From a bacterium BMS3Abin11 (GTDB taxonomy: Bacteria > Pseudomonadota > Gammaproteobacteria > BMS3Bbin11), in the NCBI GenBank assembly GCA_002897635.1, contig BDTD01000006.1:6152-70151 (forward strand): a stretch of DNA of 64,000 nucleotides, in the 5' to 3' direction. Shown one piece after another: positions 1 through 9,643 of the stretch (position 1 is the stretch's first letter; the number at the start of each line of letters is the position of its first letter). Made by a program: the position numbers and the translations under genes. The notes below the pieces were generated by a model. It did not search any database and was not told where the DNA came from. It worked only from the letters and a program-made list of their open reading frames with translations.

Positions 1-1599
1 CTGTTAGCGGTTGAAAGCGTCGATGAACCAACCGAAGTGGTGATTCACGTGAATATGCTTAAGGAAGGCTGGGATGTCACCAATCTCTATACTATTGTGC
101 CATTAAGAGCAGCCAATGCACGAACATTGATTGAACAATCCATTGGCCGTGGATTACGCTTACCTTATGGCAAGCGTACCGGTGTTGAGCCAGTAGACCG
201 TTTAAGTATTATTGCCCATGATCGTTTTCAGGAAATTATCGATGAAGCCAATAACCCGGATAATCCACTGCGTTTAAAAGAATTAATACTAGATGCACCG
301 GAAGATGATACACCGATGACCAGCGTTGATGTGGGTTCAAACCTGGATGCCATCATTAAAGGTGTTACGCCGACAAGCAGTGATGGCACAAGCTATGTCA
401 AGCCTGATGAAGTAAAGGGAATATTTACTGGTGCAACAGAATGTAAGATTGCTGAATTAACGCTTGATGTCATTAATAGCTTCAAGAACAAACCAGACAT
501 TTTAGCTACAACTGATGTTCTCGATGAGAAAGCTGTACAGCAAGTTATTGTTGAAGCGGTAAAAGAAAGACTCACAGAGAAACAACAGTCACTACTGGTT
601 GAGGAAGAGCATGCTGATCTGGCTGAAGTGGTCGCAAAAGCATCTAGTCTGATAAAACAACAAACGATCGATATACCGAGGATTTCAGTCAACCCAAAAG
701 GTGAAGTCAATTATGGTTATAAGTCATTCACTCTGGATGTGTCACAATTAAATCTACAACCCACAGAACGGGATATTGTGATTCAGAATCTGCATACTAA
801 TGAGCAAACCACACTCAATGCACAAGTGGGTATTACCGAATCGCGACCTGAAAATTATATAATTCATCAGTTGGTTGATTTTGATGACATATCCTACGAT
901 GAGCATGCGGATCTTCTTTACGATCTAGCAGGCCAGGCCGTTGAACATTTCAAAAGTTATTTAAACTCAGACGATGAAGTCATCAATGTACTCGATTCAA
1001 ACCGTAGCCTGATTGCGAATGCCATTCATGCGCAAATGATAGAACACTTCTGGGAAGAGGTTTCAGATTACGAGGTTGAAGTTCACGGTGGATTTACCCC
1101 ACTGAAGCCCTGCACTTATACAGCCGCATCGGGGCAGTCCGTATTGAATTACAGGGATACAGTAACGGATAAAAGTAAAATAAAACAAATGCTGTTTGGT
1201 AATTTCTCTAAGTGCCTCTACCCGCTACAGAAATTCGACTCAGATACAGAGAGGCGATTTGCGGTGATTGCTGAACGTGATGGAATTAAATGGTTTAAAC
1301 CGGCCAAAGGCCAGTTCCAACTTTATTATAAAGATGGTATTGATCATCCAGAATATGTGCCTGATTTTATTGTTGAAACTGACGATGGCGTCTTAATGGT
1401 AGAAACAAAAGCAAAAAATGAAATGCAAGACACAAAAGTCCTCGCAAAAGCAGATGCCGCGGTACAGTGGTGCAAAAATGCAAGCGAATACCTGCTTGAA
1501 CATAAAGGAAAAAAATGGAGGTATTTATTAGTGCCGCATGATGATGTAAGTGAACATAATACTTTATCGTCACTTACTAAAAAATATGTAATAAAATAA
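1..1599 (+). CDS. res: Type III restriction enzyme Res subunit, C-terminal part (5' end outside window)
   Basis: Frame 1 is open from nt 1. It carries the helicase motif VI-like QSIGRGLRLPYG and the EGWDV motif. The C-terminal PD-(D/E)xK-like nuclease signature is YVPDFIVET...MVETKAK. Confidence 0.75.
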   Translation: MLAVESVDEPTEVVIHVNMLKEGWDVTNLYTIVPLRAANARTLIEQSIGRGLRLPYGKRTGVEPVDRLSIIAHDRFQEIIDEANNPDNPLRLKELILDAPEDDTPMTSVDVGSNLDAIIKGVTPTSSDGTSYVKPDEVKGIFTGATECKIAELTLDVINSFKNKPDILATTDVLDEKAVQQVIVEAVKERLTEKQQSLLVEEEHADLAEVVAKASSLIKQQTIDIPRISVNPKGEVNYGYKSFTLDVSQLNLQPTERDIVIQNLHTNEQTTLNAQVGITESRPENYIIHQLVDFDDISYDEHADLLYDLAGQAVEHFKSYLNSDDEVINVLDSNRSLIANAIHAQMIEHFWEEVSDYEVEVHGGFTPLKPCTYTAASGQSVLNYRDTVTDKSKIKQMLFGNFSKCLYPLQKFDSDTERRFAVIAERDGIKWFKPAKGQFQLYYKDGIDHPEYVPDFIVETDDGVLMVETKAKNEMQDTKVLAKADAAVQWCKNASEYLLEHKGKKWRYLLVPHDDVSEHNTLSSLTKKYVIK

Positions 1600-1810
1600 C
1601 AAGAGGAATCTTCTTCCGTAATTTATATTTTGAGACATAACCGACTAAAACTAATAATCAGTATATGCTTAGGACTCTACATAGCAGCCATTTCTTGGTC
1701 CGGGAAACTGTCTTAGTTCGGCACCTTATTATACGGAAAAATTTTGATACTCCTAAGTCCACTAGCGGCCAGAATTTGATATTAATAACCTTGGTTGTTA
1801 ATCAAGACTT

Positions 1811-1842
1811 AGGATTACTGTGTGTCAATAGTAATCCTTTTT
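1811..1842 (+). terminator. Hairpin plus T-run in the res / NTPase convergent spacer
   Basis: AGGATTACT (1811-1819) pairs with AGTAATCCT (1830-1838) and is followed by TTTT. It sits about 210 nt after the res stop, so the assignment is uncertain. Confidence 0.45.
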
Positions 1843-1896
1843 ATGAAATGAAAACACAAGACCTAACACAACCGCGCCAGCAATATGTATTGAAAT

Positions 1897-4167
1897 TTAA
1901 TAGTTGAGCAAGTTTGAAAATAGGCTCTTAATCTCATTATCCTTAAATTCATCTTCATCCTTATCGGTGTTCAGAGGAAAACTTGGATTTTGTATAGTAT
2001 GTTCTTCCTCATCCAGCTCACTTATTCTATCTTCCACCATCATCCTAGCATTATCAAAATTGCGAGCTGTAATTTTTGCGAGTGATTCTAGAATATCTAG
2101 ATGTTCAGATAACTCTTCTTCTGTGGTCAAATTGCTTATCACTTCTCCGATATTTTCAAACTCAAAATTCACTATTTGATCAAGCGCTGTTGAAATACTT
2201 TCTGAAACCTGATCCGACATGAATTCATTTACGCTTTCTACGACCGATTCAATTTCATCCGATGGAATTCCTCTATTGATATATCTTAATAATCTGGATT
2301 CAATTGCCGCCAAAATAAGGTTTTTATATTCGTTATCATCACCAATAAAGTTGCTAACTGTCCAGTATAGCTCTGGTAATTCCCTCCCATCGCCCCAAAA
2401 TTCGGAACTAAGAGAACGTGATTCCAAAACTGAGAGCGATTTTTCTATAAAAAGATCATTCTCTGAGTACTCCCACCATTCGAGCAGTAATTCAACTCTT
2501 TCGGAAACTGAGAGATCATCTTTGGAGTAATATATCCTACTTTTTCTAGATTCGTGTTTAACTGCGGGATAAACATCAATTACCTCCGCGAATTCCAAAA
2601 ACTTAGAAGAAAATCCCTTCAGCACATCTTCATGTGATTTAAATAAATCTTTAATATGTCGCCATAATTCATTAGCAAAATCAGCTCGCTTTAGCCCATT
2701 AGGAAGCAAGCTTAGTAATTCTTTATCTATCAAATATGATTTCAAGAAATCTCTTAAAGATGGATTAACGAAATCCACATTATTTTCTGCAATGCAAATA
2801 AATCCTGACTCTAAAGATCGAAGAGAATTCTCAAATTCGTCTGGATTCGTGGGTTGAGAATAATAAGTACAGATGGAACGATGCAGTTCTTGATAATTGG
2901 CTCTAAGTTCCTCTATGTTTTGTCGGTACTTGGAGCCAAAGTATAGCGCTATCAATAAGTTTTTTGATGCTATGTTCAGCGTGCTAAAAGGCTTATTCCA
3001 AATTAGATCAGGGTTCTCTAGCGCCTGATATATGTACTTTGGATAGTCTTTAGGCACAATGGTATCTAAGCAGTCACTAGATACTGATGCAATAACCCTC
3101 GGATTATAGTTTTTGTGGTCTATAATTTTAACAAGCCAATCTCCTTCCAAGAGGTAGGAAAAATGCTCTTGGCTTAAATTAGACGCTGATAGGTGATTGA
3201 AAAGAATGTGTGATTTAATTTTTCTTGTATATGCACCAACATCCAATAGATATTTGGAAAGCTGAAACCTCTGGTCGTCAACGTGATCAGAAATCCGTCT
3301 AGCCTCTTCAAAAATATGCGCGCGGGTGGTTAGAATAAATCTAGCATTTTTAGATTTTCTAACTCTTTTTACAAACACTGATAGAGCGTTTTCATGCTGC
3401 AGGAGTGATTGGCGGTCTAGTTCAATTCGCCCCAAGAAGTCATCAAAGAAAATGACCATAGGTTTTTCATCATCAATCTTCGAAAATCCATCTTCTAGTG
3501 AATTTATTGCATAAAAATGCCAATCGTTATTTAGGTAATGGTATGCCACCATTTTAGCCAGAGTGGTTTTTCCTACTCCAGGCGGACCAGAAACTATAAG
3601 CACTTTTTCTTTTTCTAATTTTTCAATAGCCTCATCAAAGCTCGGATTTTTTACGTAAACCTTTATTTCTTCAAGGATTTCTTCTTTTGTGGCTTTGGTG
3701 AATGCCTCAAGTCCAGATTGCAAAATATGTTCTAAGGCTGCCACGCTTGAAAGCCAAAGCTTCGTATGTGACTTAACAATATCTGGATATTTTCTCAGGG
3801 CTCCTTCAATGTCGTCTCTACCCCATATATCTCCAGAATTGATTATGTAGGGTTTAAATATTTCAATAAGCTGATCGCTTCTAGTAGGCGTGAGTGACTG
3901 CGAAGTAAAAAACAAATATCTCTTTGGGCTAAGCTTTCGTATCTTCTTATACTCTTTTTTTGCCGAGGTTTTAAGATTGGAAAATGTTGACCTCAAATAA
4001 TGTTTACATTGAAGTACGGTAACTCCATCCCCCATTGAATGCCGCCCATCAACACCCCCATCAGGACCTGGGCCAAAAGCAGAAAACCTTGCTCCAATTT
4101 CCTTCTGAGCAATATCCCTACAAAGGTCTTCGAAATCTAAGGGGGATAAGTTCTCTAAATCACTCAT
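1897..4167 (-). CDS. Mrr-like restriction endonuclease domain fused to a P-loop (STAND-like) NTPase with a helical C-terminal region
   Basis: 756-aa ORF. The N-terminus (LSPLDFEDLCRDI...PDGGVDGR...VLQCKHY) resembles the Mrr catalytic core. Walker A GPPGVGKTT and Walker B-like MVIFFDDFLG follow. The remaining ~450 aa are helical with an acidic tail. There is no signal peptide. Confidence 0.7.
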   Translation of the reverse strand: MSDLENLSPLDFEDLCRDIAQKEIGARFSAFGPGPDGGVDGRHSMGDGVTVLQCKHYLRSTFSNLKTSAKKEYKKIRKLSPKRYLFFTSQSLTPTRSDQLIEIFKPYIINSGDIWGRDDIEGALRKYPDIVKSHTKLWLSSVAALEHILQSGLEAFTKATKEEILEEIKVYVKNPSFDEAIEKLEKEKVLIVSGPPGVGKTTLAKMVAYHYLNNDWHFYAINSLEDGFSKIDDEKPMVIFFDDFLGRIELDRQSLLQHENALSVFVKRVRKSKNARFILTTRAHIFEEARRISDHVDDQRFQLSKYLLDVGAYTRKIKSHILFNHLSASNLSQEHFSYLLEGDWLVKIIDHKNYNPRVIASVSSDCLDTIVPKDYPKYIYQALENPDLIWNKPFSTLNIASKNLLIALYFGSKYRQNIEELRANYQELHRSICTYYSQPTNPDEFENSLRSLESGFICIAENNVDFVNPSLRDFLKSYLIDKELLSLLPNGLKRADFANELWRHIKDLFKSHEDVLKGFSSKFLEFAEVIDVYPAVKHESRKSRIYYSKDDLSVSERVELLLEWWEYSENDLFIEKSLSVLESRSLSSEFWGDGRELPELYWTVSNFIGDDNEYKNLILAAIESRLLRYINRGIPSDEIESVVESVNEFMSDQVSESISTALDQIVNFEFENIGEVISNLTTEEELSEHLDILESLAKITARNFDNARMMVEDRISELDEEEHTIQNPSFPLNTDKDEDEFKDNEIKSLFSNLLNY

Positions 4168-5128
4168 AGTCTTGCCAGCATAAATATTTATTCTTATACA
4201 GCATCATATATTTTAGTGAACTTCCGAGTCATAAATCATACATTTTGTGAAACCGAGGGCGACAGGATCAGCTATTTCCCATTGACTTACATCCTCTTTG
4301 GGTCGACAACATACGTTCCGCATTAGATACCAATTGTCCGATTTGATAATATTGTAATTAGATTACCAATATCTTATCAATTTCAGCCTCATAAAGGTCA
4401 AATTTTAGTCTGTTCAAATATTACAAGAGCATCATCTACCTCCATACTCAGATATCTGACGTACTCTCTAGTTTAGTGTACCCATGCAAAAATTGAATTG
4501 AGCGAAGATTATTTATTCGTCGAAGAATCAACAATGCCTTTGTTCATCTCATCGAGTACATGCCATAAGCAACAGCATCAATATGGGACATACTACGATT
4601 TTGATTCTATCGAGAATGGCCAAACTTTAATGACTACTTTGGGTTGCGGGTTTAACTGAAACGATTCACCTCTATTTGAGCATGTCTGCTATTGAGGAAT
4701 CTATTGTATTTTCTGGGTTTTTAATTTTGACTGCTATGTCGATTGCAGCCATCTTTTGTTCTGTCGGATAGTTACAAAAACAGTTATCAAAGTTGTCAGA
4801 TTACATTCTGACTTTTACATTTTAAATGGGTAGGGTCGCAGTGGTTTCGGCAATCTATGGTCGCCGCCCACCACTTTCTTTTCTTGTGATCGTGTCATAA
4901 CACGATCCCGCTTTACCCCCTGCTTAGGGCTACGCGCCCATCAGCGCACTAAAAAGCCTGAACCTTCCAGGCAAAACAAAAAACCGTGTTGTCGTTGCAC
5001 TCCTGCCCGCGCCATTTTTTTGTTTTGGGCTTTCCGTTTGCACACCCGGACTTCGCCAGTCGGACAAGCCGTATTCGTGTTTAAGAAAACGATACGGCTT
5101 TTAACCGATTAATAACGAGGTTCGAAAA

Positions 5129-5614
5129 ATGATTAAAAAAACTGGAAAAGGTACTTTTTGTATAAATGGTTCTTTTACTGTTTCAGAGCTTGCAAACGTA
5201 CTGCTTGAGAATTCAGGTGACTACTTTAATACAGAAGGGCAGCCACTAACTAGCCCAGATTCGACAAGAGAATATTTAAAGGCGGTTTTATCACACCATG
5301 AAAGTGAGGTTTTCGGGGTGATATTTATGGATAATCGGCACAGGGTTCAGGCTTTTGAAATTCTTTTTTATGGAACTATAGACGGAGCATCAGTCCACCC
5401 AAGAGAAGTTGTAAAGCGTGCAATTGCAAATAATTCGGCGGCGGTAATATTAACCCACAATCACCCGTCTGGTATTCCTGAGCCGAGCCAGGCAGATATT
5501 GCCCTGACCAGCAGGCTTAAAGATGCGCTTGCATTGATCGATATACGGGTTTTGGATCATTTTATAGTTGGTGAGGCTGAGCCGTTGAGCTTTTCAGAGC
5601 GTGGGCTGATGTGA
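5129..5614 (+). CDS. radC: RadC-like JAB/MPN domain protein
   Basis: Carries the JAMM motif [24 protein letters not shown] and the C-terminal LDHFIVG typical of the RadC family. AGG lies 8 nt upstream of the ATG. Confidence 0.85.
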   Translation: MIKKTGKGTFCINGSFTVSELANVLLENSGDYFNTEGQPLTSPDSTREYLKAVLSHHESEVFGVIFMDNRHRVQAFEILFYGTIDGASVHPREVVKRAIANNSAAVILTHNHPSGIPEPSQADIALTSRLKDALALIDIRVLDHFIVGEAEPLSFSERGLM

Positions 5615-5682
5615 CGCTAGAGCGAACCCGGCATTACCGGGTTCGCGAATAACCAACCTGATCTTTCCACATGGAAAGATGC

Positions 5683-6876
5683 TCAACGTATTGGCTTTGT
5701 ATTCTTTAGCTCATCCAGGTAATTAGACCATTTCTGCATCATTTCGCGACGGGCGGCCAGGTGCTGTGTCCTATTGTATGCGCGTCCTAGAGGGTCACGA
5801 ACTGCATGTGCTAATTGATGCTCGATGATGTCAGGTGGGAATCCGAGCTGCTCGTCGAGCAGGGTTCTAGCCATGGCCCGGAAACCATGGCCGGTCATCT
5901 TATCTTTTGTAAATCCAAGCCGACGCAAGGCAGCGTTGATCGTGTTTTCGCTAATTGGTTTTTGTTTGGTGCGTAGAGATGGAAATACGTATCCACTCAT
6001 GCCAGACACCGCTTGTATATCCTCTAACAAGGTTACGGCTTGTGAAGACAAAGGGACGATATGTGGCAGCCTTCTTTTCATCTTGTTTGCAGGGATCTCC
6101 CAGGTGGCGGATGCAAGATCGATTTCCTCCCATTCGGCGTGCCGAAGTTCGCCAGGGCGAACAAAGACGAGTGGAGCCAGTCGTAGCGCTGTGCGTGTGA
6201 CGATATCACCTTGGTAGCCATCGATTGCGCGAAGCAATTCCCCCACCTTCTTCGGCTCAGTGATGGCGGCATGGTGTGTAACCCGGGCGGGTGGCAGGGC
6301 GCCGGTTAAATCGCGGGCCGGGTTGGATTCTAGGCGACCCGTCTGAACGGTATAGCGCATGATCTGGTTGATAATCGATAATACTCGGTGAGCGGTTTCG
6401 ATGGCGCCTCGTTCTTCGACACGCCTAAGTACACTGAGGACATCGACGGGGTTAATATCGGTGACGCTACGTTTACCGAGCCAGGGGAGGGCGTCCTTTT
6501 CCAGCGTTCGCCAAAGACGCTTTGCATGTCCCGGTGTCCATTTGTCCTTGAAACGTGTATGCCATTCCTTCGCTATCACCGCGAAGGTTTCACTGGCATT
6601 GGAGCTTTCCGTTCGCAGCACTTTTCGGGTGATCGATGGGTCGATACCTTTGCCCAGCATCAAGCGAGCCTCGTCACGGTTGAATCTGGCCTGTCGGAGG
6701 CTGGTATCCGGAAATGTGCCCATGCTCAGTTCTTTGGTTTTTCCGCCGAGCTTGTAACGGAACCGCCACCATTTCTTATCGTTAGGCCGAATGATGAGAA
6801 ACAGCCCGTTTCCATCGTGCATCTTATACGGTTTTTCTTTCGGCCTAGCCGCCTTGATGCTTGCTGCTGTTAGCAA
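5683..6876 (-). CDS. int: P4-type tyrosine integrase (TTG start)
   Basis: The N-terminal DUF4102-like segment is KPYKMHDGNGLFLIIRPNDKKWWRFRYKLGGK. Catalytic signatures are RPGELRHAEW, HGFRAMARTLL and LGRAYNR. The gene sits directly 3' of ssrA. Confidence 0.9.
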   Translation of the reverse strand: MLTAASIKAARPKEKPYKMHDGNGLFLIIRPNDKKWWRFRYKLGGKTKELSMGTFPDTSLRQARFNRDEARLMLGKGIDPSITRKVLRTESSNASETFAVIAKEWHTRFKDKWTPGHAKRLWRTLEKDALPWLGKRSVTDINPVDVLSVLRRVEERGAIETAHRVLSIINQIMRYTVQTGRLESNPARDLTGALPPARVTHHAAITEPKKVGELLRAIDGYQGDIVTRTALRLAPLVFVRPGELRHAEWEEIDLASATWEIPANKMKRRLPHIVPLSSQAVTLLEDIQAVSGMSGYVFPSLRTKQKPISENTINAALRRLGFTKDKMTGHGFRAMARTLLDEQLGFPPDIIEHQLAHAVRDPLGRAYNRTQHLAARREMMQKWSNYLDELKNTKPIR

Positions 6877-7020
6877 ATCCGGTCTCCTTGTCTCAAAGTG
6901 GGGTAAGCCATTTACCCTGTGGGGTAACAGGCCTATTATTACCCCATGGTAAACGATTATGCAAGGTTATCTAGCGGGACAAGTTGGGACGCTTGATGAT
7001 TGTAACTATATGATACACAT

Positions 7021-7049
7021 AAAAAAACAGGACATCCTGGGATGTCCTG
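7021..7049 (-). terminator. Rho-independent terminator of ssrA
   Basis: The minus strand reads CAGGACATC-CCAG-GATGTCCTG followed by TTTTTTT, 12 nt after the tmRNA CCA end. Confidence 0.75.
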
Positions 7050-7060
7050 TTATGGGGTGT

Positions 7061-7418
7061 TGGTGGAGGCGGGGAGAATCGAACTCCCGTCCACAAGTCC
7101 TCTACACTCCAGATCTACATGCTTAGTTTGCGCATTTAATTTAACTGTACGCTATCCGGCAAACGGGAAAAACGCAAAGCGATTCTGCTTAAAGTTTAAC
7201 GACTCCGCCACAGACATGCTTCGTCGCGATACTGTGTAAGATGACCTTTCGAATCCCCGCCCACAATCAAGCAAAGGTGAAAGGACTAGCCGGTATTAGG
7301 CGGCTAGTGCGTAGTTGTCGTTGTTGGCAACTATTGTTGTGCAGTTGGATTTACGAGGGGATCTGCTCCTCGGCATGCACTGAAGGCTTCGCTACCCGTG
7401 TCGAAACCGGTCGCCCCC
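7061..7418 (-). ncRNA. ssrA: tmRNA
   Basis: The minus strand begins GGGGGCGACCGGTTTCGACACGGG and ends GGACGGGAGTTCGATTCTCCCCGCCTCCACCA (tRNA-like T-arm and acceptor with CCA). The tag frame at 7296-7328 is GCC AAC AAC GAC AAC TAC GCA CTA GCC GCC TAA, giving ANNDNYALAA. smpB is adjacent. Confidence 0.93.
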
Positions 7419-7490
7419 ATGTGAATCATTGTATCAAGTTATTTGCCGGCAATGTAGAGGATTTCAAGTCGTGCGGGGAGCACTGATTAT

Positions 7491-7982
7491 TTAGTGATGG
7501 TGTTTCATCAATCTTTCTTTGTCTCGTTTCCATTCTCGCTCCTTGATAGAGGCGCGCTTATCATGTTGCTTTTTACCTTTTGCCAGTGCAATTTCAAGCT
7601 TGGCACGTCCGCGCTTCCAGTACAGGGCGATCGGCACCAGGGTGTAGCCCTCTCTCTCTACTGAGCCAATCAGGTGGCTGATTTCGCGCCGGTTCAGCAG
7701 TAGCTTGCGCATACGTGTTGGGTCGGGATGGATATGGGTAGAGGCAGAGATCAGTGGAGAAATATGGGCACCGAACAGAAACAGTTCACCATTGCGGATA
7801 ATCACATAGCTTTCCTTCAGTTGTGCGCGACCCTCACGCATACTCTTCACTTCCCAGCCTTCCAGTACCATGCCTGCCTCATACCTTTCTTCCAGGTGGT
7901 AATCAAATTTTGCCTTCTTATTGAGGGCAATGGTGTTGCCTGGGGAGCCTTTCTTTTTCCCCTTGTTTGATTTATTGGACAT
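7491..7982 (-). CDS. smpB: SsrA-binding protein SmpB
   Basis: Carries [30 protein letters not shown] and [20 protein letters not shown]. The start was chosen at MSNKSNK (7982) rather than the longer 8042 ORF. Confidence 0.9.
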   Translation of the reverse strand: MSNKSNKGKKKGSPGNTIALNKKAKFDYHLEERYEAGMVLEGWEVKSMREGRAQLKESYVIIRNGELFLFGAHISPLISASTHIHPDPTRMRKLLLNRREISHLIGSVEREGYTLVPIALYWKRGRAKLEIALAKGKKQHDKRASIKEREWKRDKERLMKHHH

Positions 7983-8127
7983 GTCTGCTCTGGTCGTTTG
8001 GGTGTGCCGGTGCGTTATGCTATAAAAAGCGCATTCAATCACAAATCAGGCTAACAACGAAGCCGGTTTGAGATAAAATTAGTGTTTGCAGATAGTCGGG
8101 TACCTCTATAAATACGAGTAAGCATAG

Positions 8128-9504
8128 ATGAGTGAAGTAAAGAACGTATCAATTCATGGCCAATGGTCCAGCCGTTGGGCCTTTATTCTGGCTGCTACCG
8201 GGTCGGCGGTAGGGCTGGGAAATATCTGGAAGTTTCCCTATATAACAGGTGAATACGGGGGTGGGGCTTTCGTTCTGGTGTATCTGGTTAGTGTCGCCCT
8301 GATTGGTATCCCAATAATGATGGCCGAAGTCATGCTTGGTCGTCGTGGCAGGCAGAGTCCAATAAATACTATGCGCTCATTGGCGAAGGAAGAAGGACGA
8401 CATGGCATATGGTCCTGGATAGGCTGGATGGGTGTGCTGGCAGGATTTCTTATCCTGTCCTATTACAGTGTGATTGCCGGCTGGGCGCTGGCTTATGTAT
8501 TCAGGACAGGTTCTGGTGCTATTCAGGCTGTAGGCAGCGCCGGCATAAAAAAAATCTTCACTGAACTGGTTTCGGATCCTGAAAAACTACTGGCCTGGCA
8601 TACCATCTTTATGGTCATGACGATGGTGGTGGTAGCCCGTGGTGTAAAAAATGGACTTGAAATGGCCGTGCGCTACCTGATGCCCGCCCTGCTGATATTG
8701 TTACTGATCCTGGTGGGCTATGCGATGAATACCGGGCATTTCTACGAAGCGGTCGATTTTCTGTTCAAACCTGATTTCAGTAAATTAACGGGTGGGGCCA
8801 TTTTAACTGCGATGGGACATGCCTTTTTTACTCTCAGTCTGGGTATGGGAGCCATCATGATATATGGTTCATATCTACCTGATAATGCATCCATAGCCAG
8901 GACATCGATAATTATTTCTATTGCCGATACTGCTGTAGCATTGTTAGCCGGGCTGGCCATCTTTCCCATAGTTTTTAGCTTTCCTGAGTTGACACCTGGA
9001 GCAGGTCCGGGACTTATTTTCCAGACACTGCCAATGGCTTTTTCACAGATGCCGGGTGGCCAGATATTTGGTGCCCTGTTTTTTGTCCTTATCGTTATTG
9101 CCGCCTGGACATCATCAATATCTCTGATTGAGCCTGCAGTAGCCTGGTTGATTGAGAATCGTGGCATGTCTCGAGTTATGGCTGCAGTCTGGTGTGGTGT
9201 GGCTACCTGGCTGGTGGGCATAGCAACGGTCCTTTCATTCAGTAAATGGGCATTCGATTTTAATTTCCTGGGTACAGTTAAACATAATGGTGTGTTTGAT
9301 ATTCTGGATATCCTTACAGCAAATATCATGCTCCCAGCAGGCGGATTTTTTATTGCCATCTTTGCTGGATGGATGATGAGCGAAAAACATAGCAGAGAAG
9401 AACTGGCACTGGGACGTAGTTACATTTTGTGGCAGTTCCTGATTAAATATATTGCACCTGCGCTGGTTCTGGTTGTCATCCTGAATCTGTTCGGGGTTAT
9501 CTAA
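8128..9504 (+). CDS. Sodium-dependent transporter, SNF (neurotransmitter:sodium symporter) family
   Basis: Has the hallmark GLGNIWKFPY and about 12 hydrophobic segments. Confidence 0.85.
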   Translation: MSEVKNVSIHGQWSSRWAFILAATGSAVGLGNIWKFPYITGEYGGGAFVLVYLVSVALIGIPIMMAEVMLGRRGRQSPINTMRSLAKEEGRHGIWSWIGWMGVLAGFLILSYYSVIAGWALAYVFRTGSGAIQAVGSAGIKKIFTELVSDPEKLLAWHTIFMVMTMVVVARGVKNGLEMAVRYLMPALLILLLILVGYAMNTGHFYEAVDFLFKPDFSKLTGGAILTAMGHAFFTLSLGMGAIMIYGSYLPDNASIARTSIIISIADTAVALLAGLAIFPIVFSFPELTPGAGPGLIFQTLPMAFSQMPGGQIFGALFFVLIVIAAWTSSISLIEPAVAWLIENRGMSRVMAAVWCGVATWLVGIATVLSFSKWAFDFNFLGTVKHNGVFDILDILTANIMLPAGGFFIAIFAGWMMSEKHSREELALGRSYILWQFLIKYIAPALVLVVILNLFGVI

Positions 9505-9623
9505 AAACCATTGATTAATTCTGGACGAAGCAGGTTGCGATCTAAAATATTCAGGGTTGCAACGAAAAAACTGGATATCTTAGTCGCAAGGTACAAGTTC
9601 ATAAATTGATTAGATGTTCCTAA
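9501..9623. mobile_element. MITE copy, short and degenerate (internal core deleted)
   Basis: Both ends align to the 53188-53354 copy: ...TGATTAATTCTGGACGAAG... and ...GTTCATAAATTGAT.AGA.GTTCC. The left flank CTAA contains the transporter stop codon. Confidence 0.6.
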
Positions 9624-9643
9624 ACAAAAAGAGGATAGCTCAA

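Larger units (their letters stand above)
1..7060. mobile_element. Genomic island integrated at the 3' end of ssrA (distal boundary outside window)
   Basis: The integrase abuts the tmRNA 3' end. The cargo is restriction/nuclease type. To the right of ssrA the gene order is core and E. coli-like. Confidence 0.65.

Noticed and set aside
393-710. Antisense and overlapping ORFs inside long genes. Examples are 393-710, 8742-9359, 17774-18220, 18476-19105, 20287-20679, 50098-50520 and 6388-6873.
   Set aside because: They lie fully within strongly supported genes on the other strand or in another frame. They have low-complexity or Ser/Arg/Cys-rich composition and no ribosome-binding context. I treat them as shadow ORFs.
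4380-4520. Relic of an IS5/IS4-type transposase 3' end on the minus strand (reads ...SIFAWVH*TREYVRYLSMEVDDALVIFEQTKI*).
   Set aside because: The resemblance to the FAxLK...RRxxxRYE tail of such transposases is short and interrupted by a stop. No terminal repeat is visible. This is too weak to call without a database search.
7042-7486. ORFs 7042-7239 and 7241-7486 on the plus strand.
   Set aside because: They overlap the tmRNA gene on the opposite strand, so the sequence is explained by ssrA.
9614-9643. ATG at 9614 as the ratA start.
   Set aside because: This ATG sits inside the MITE terminal repeat. The GTG at 9644 has an AGAGGA Shine-Dalgarno sequence and gives the family-typical N-terminus (PRIHRSALV).
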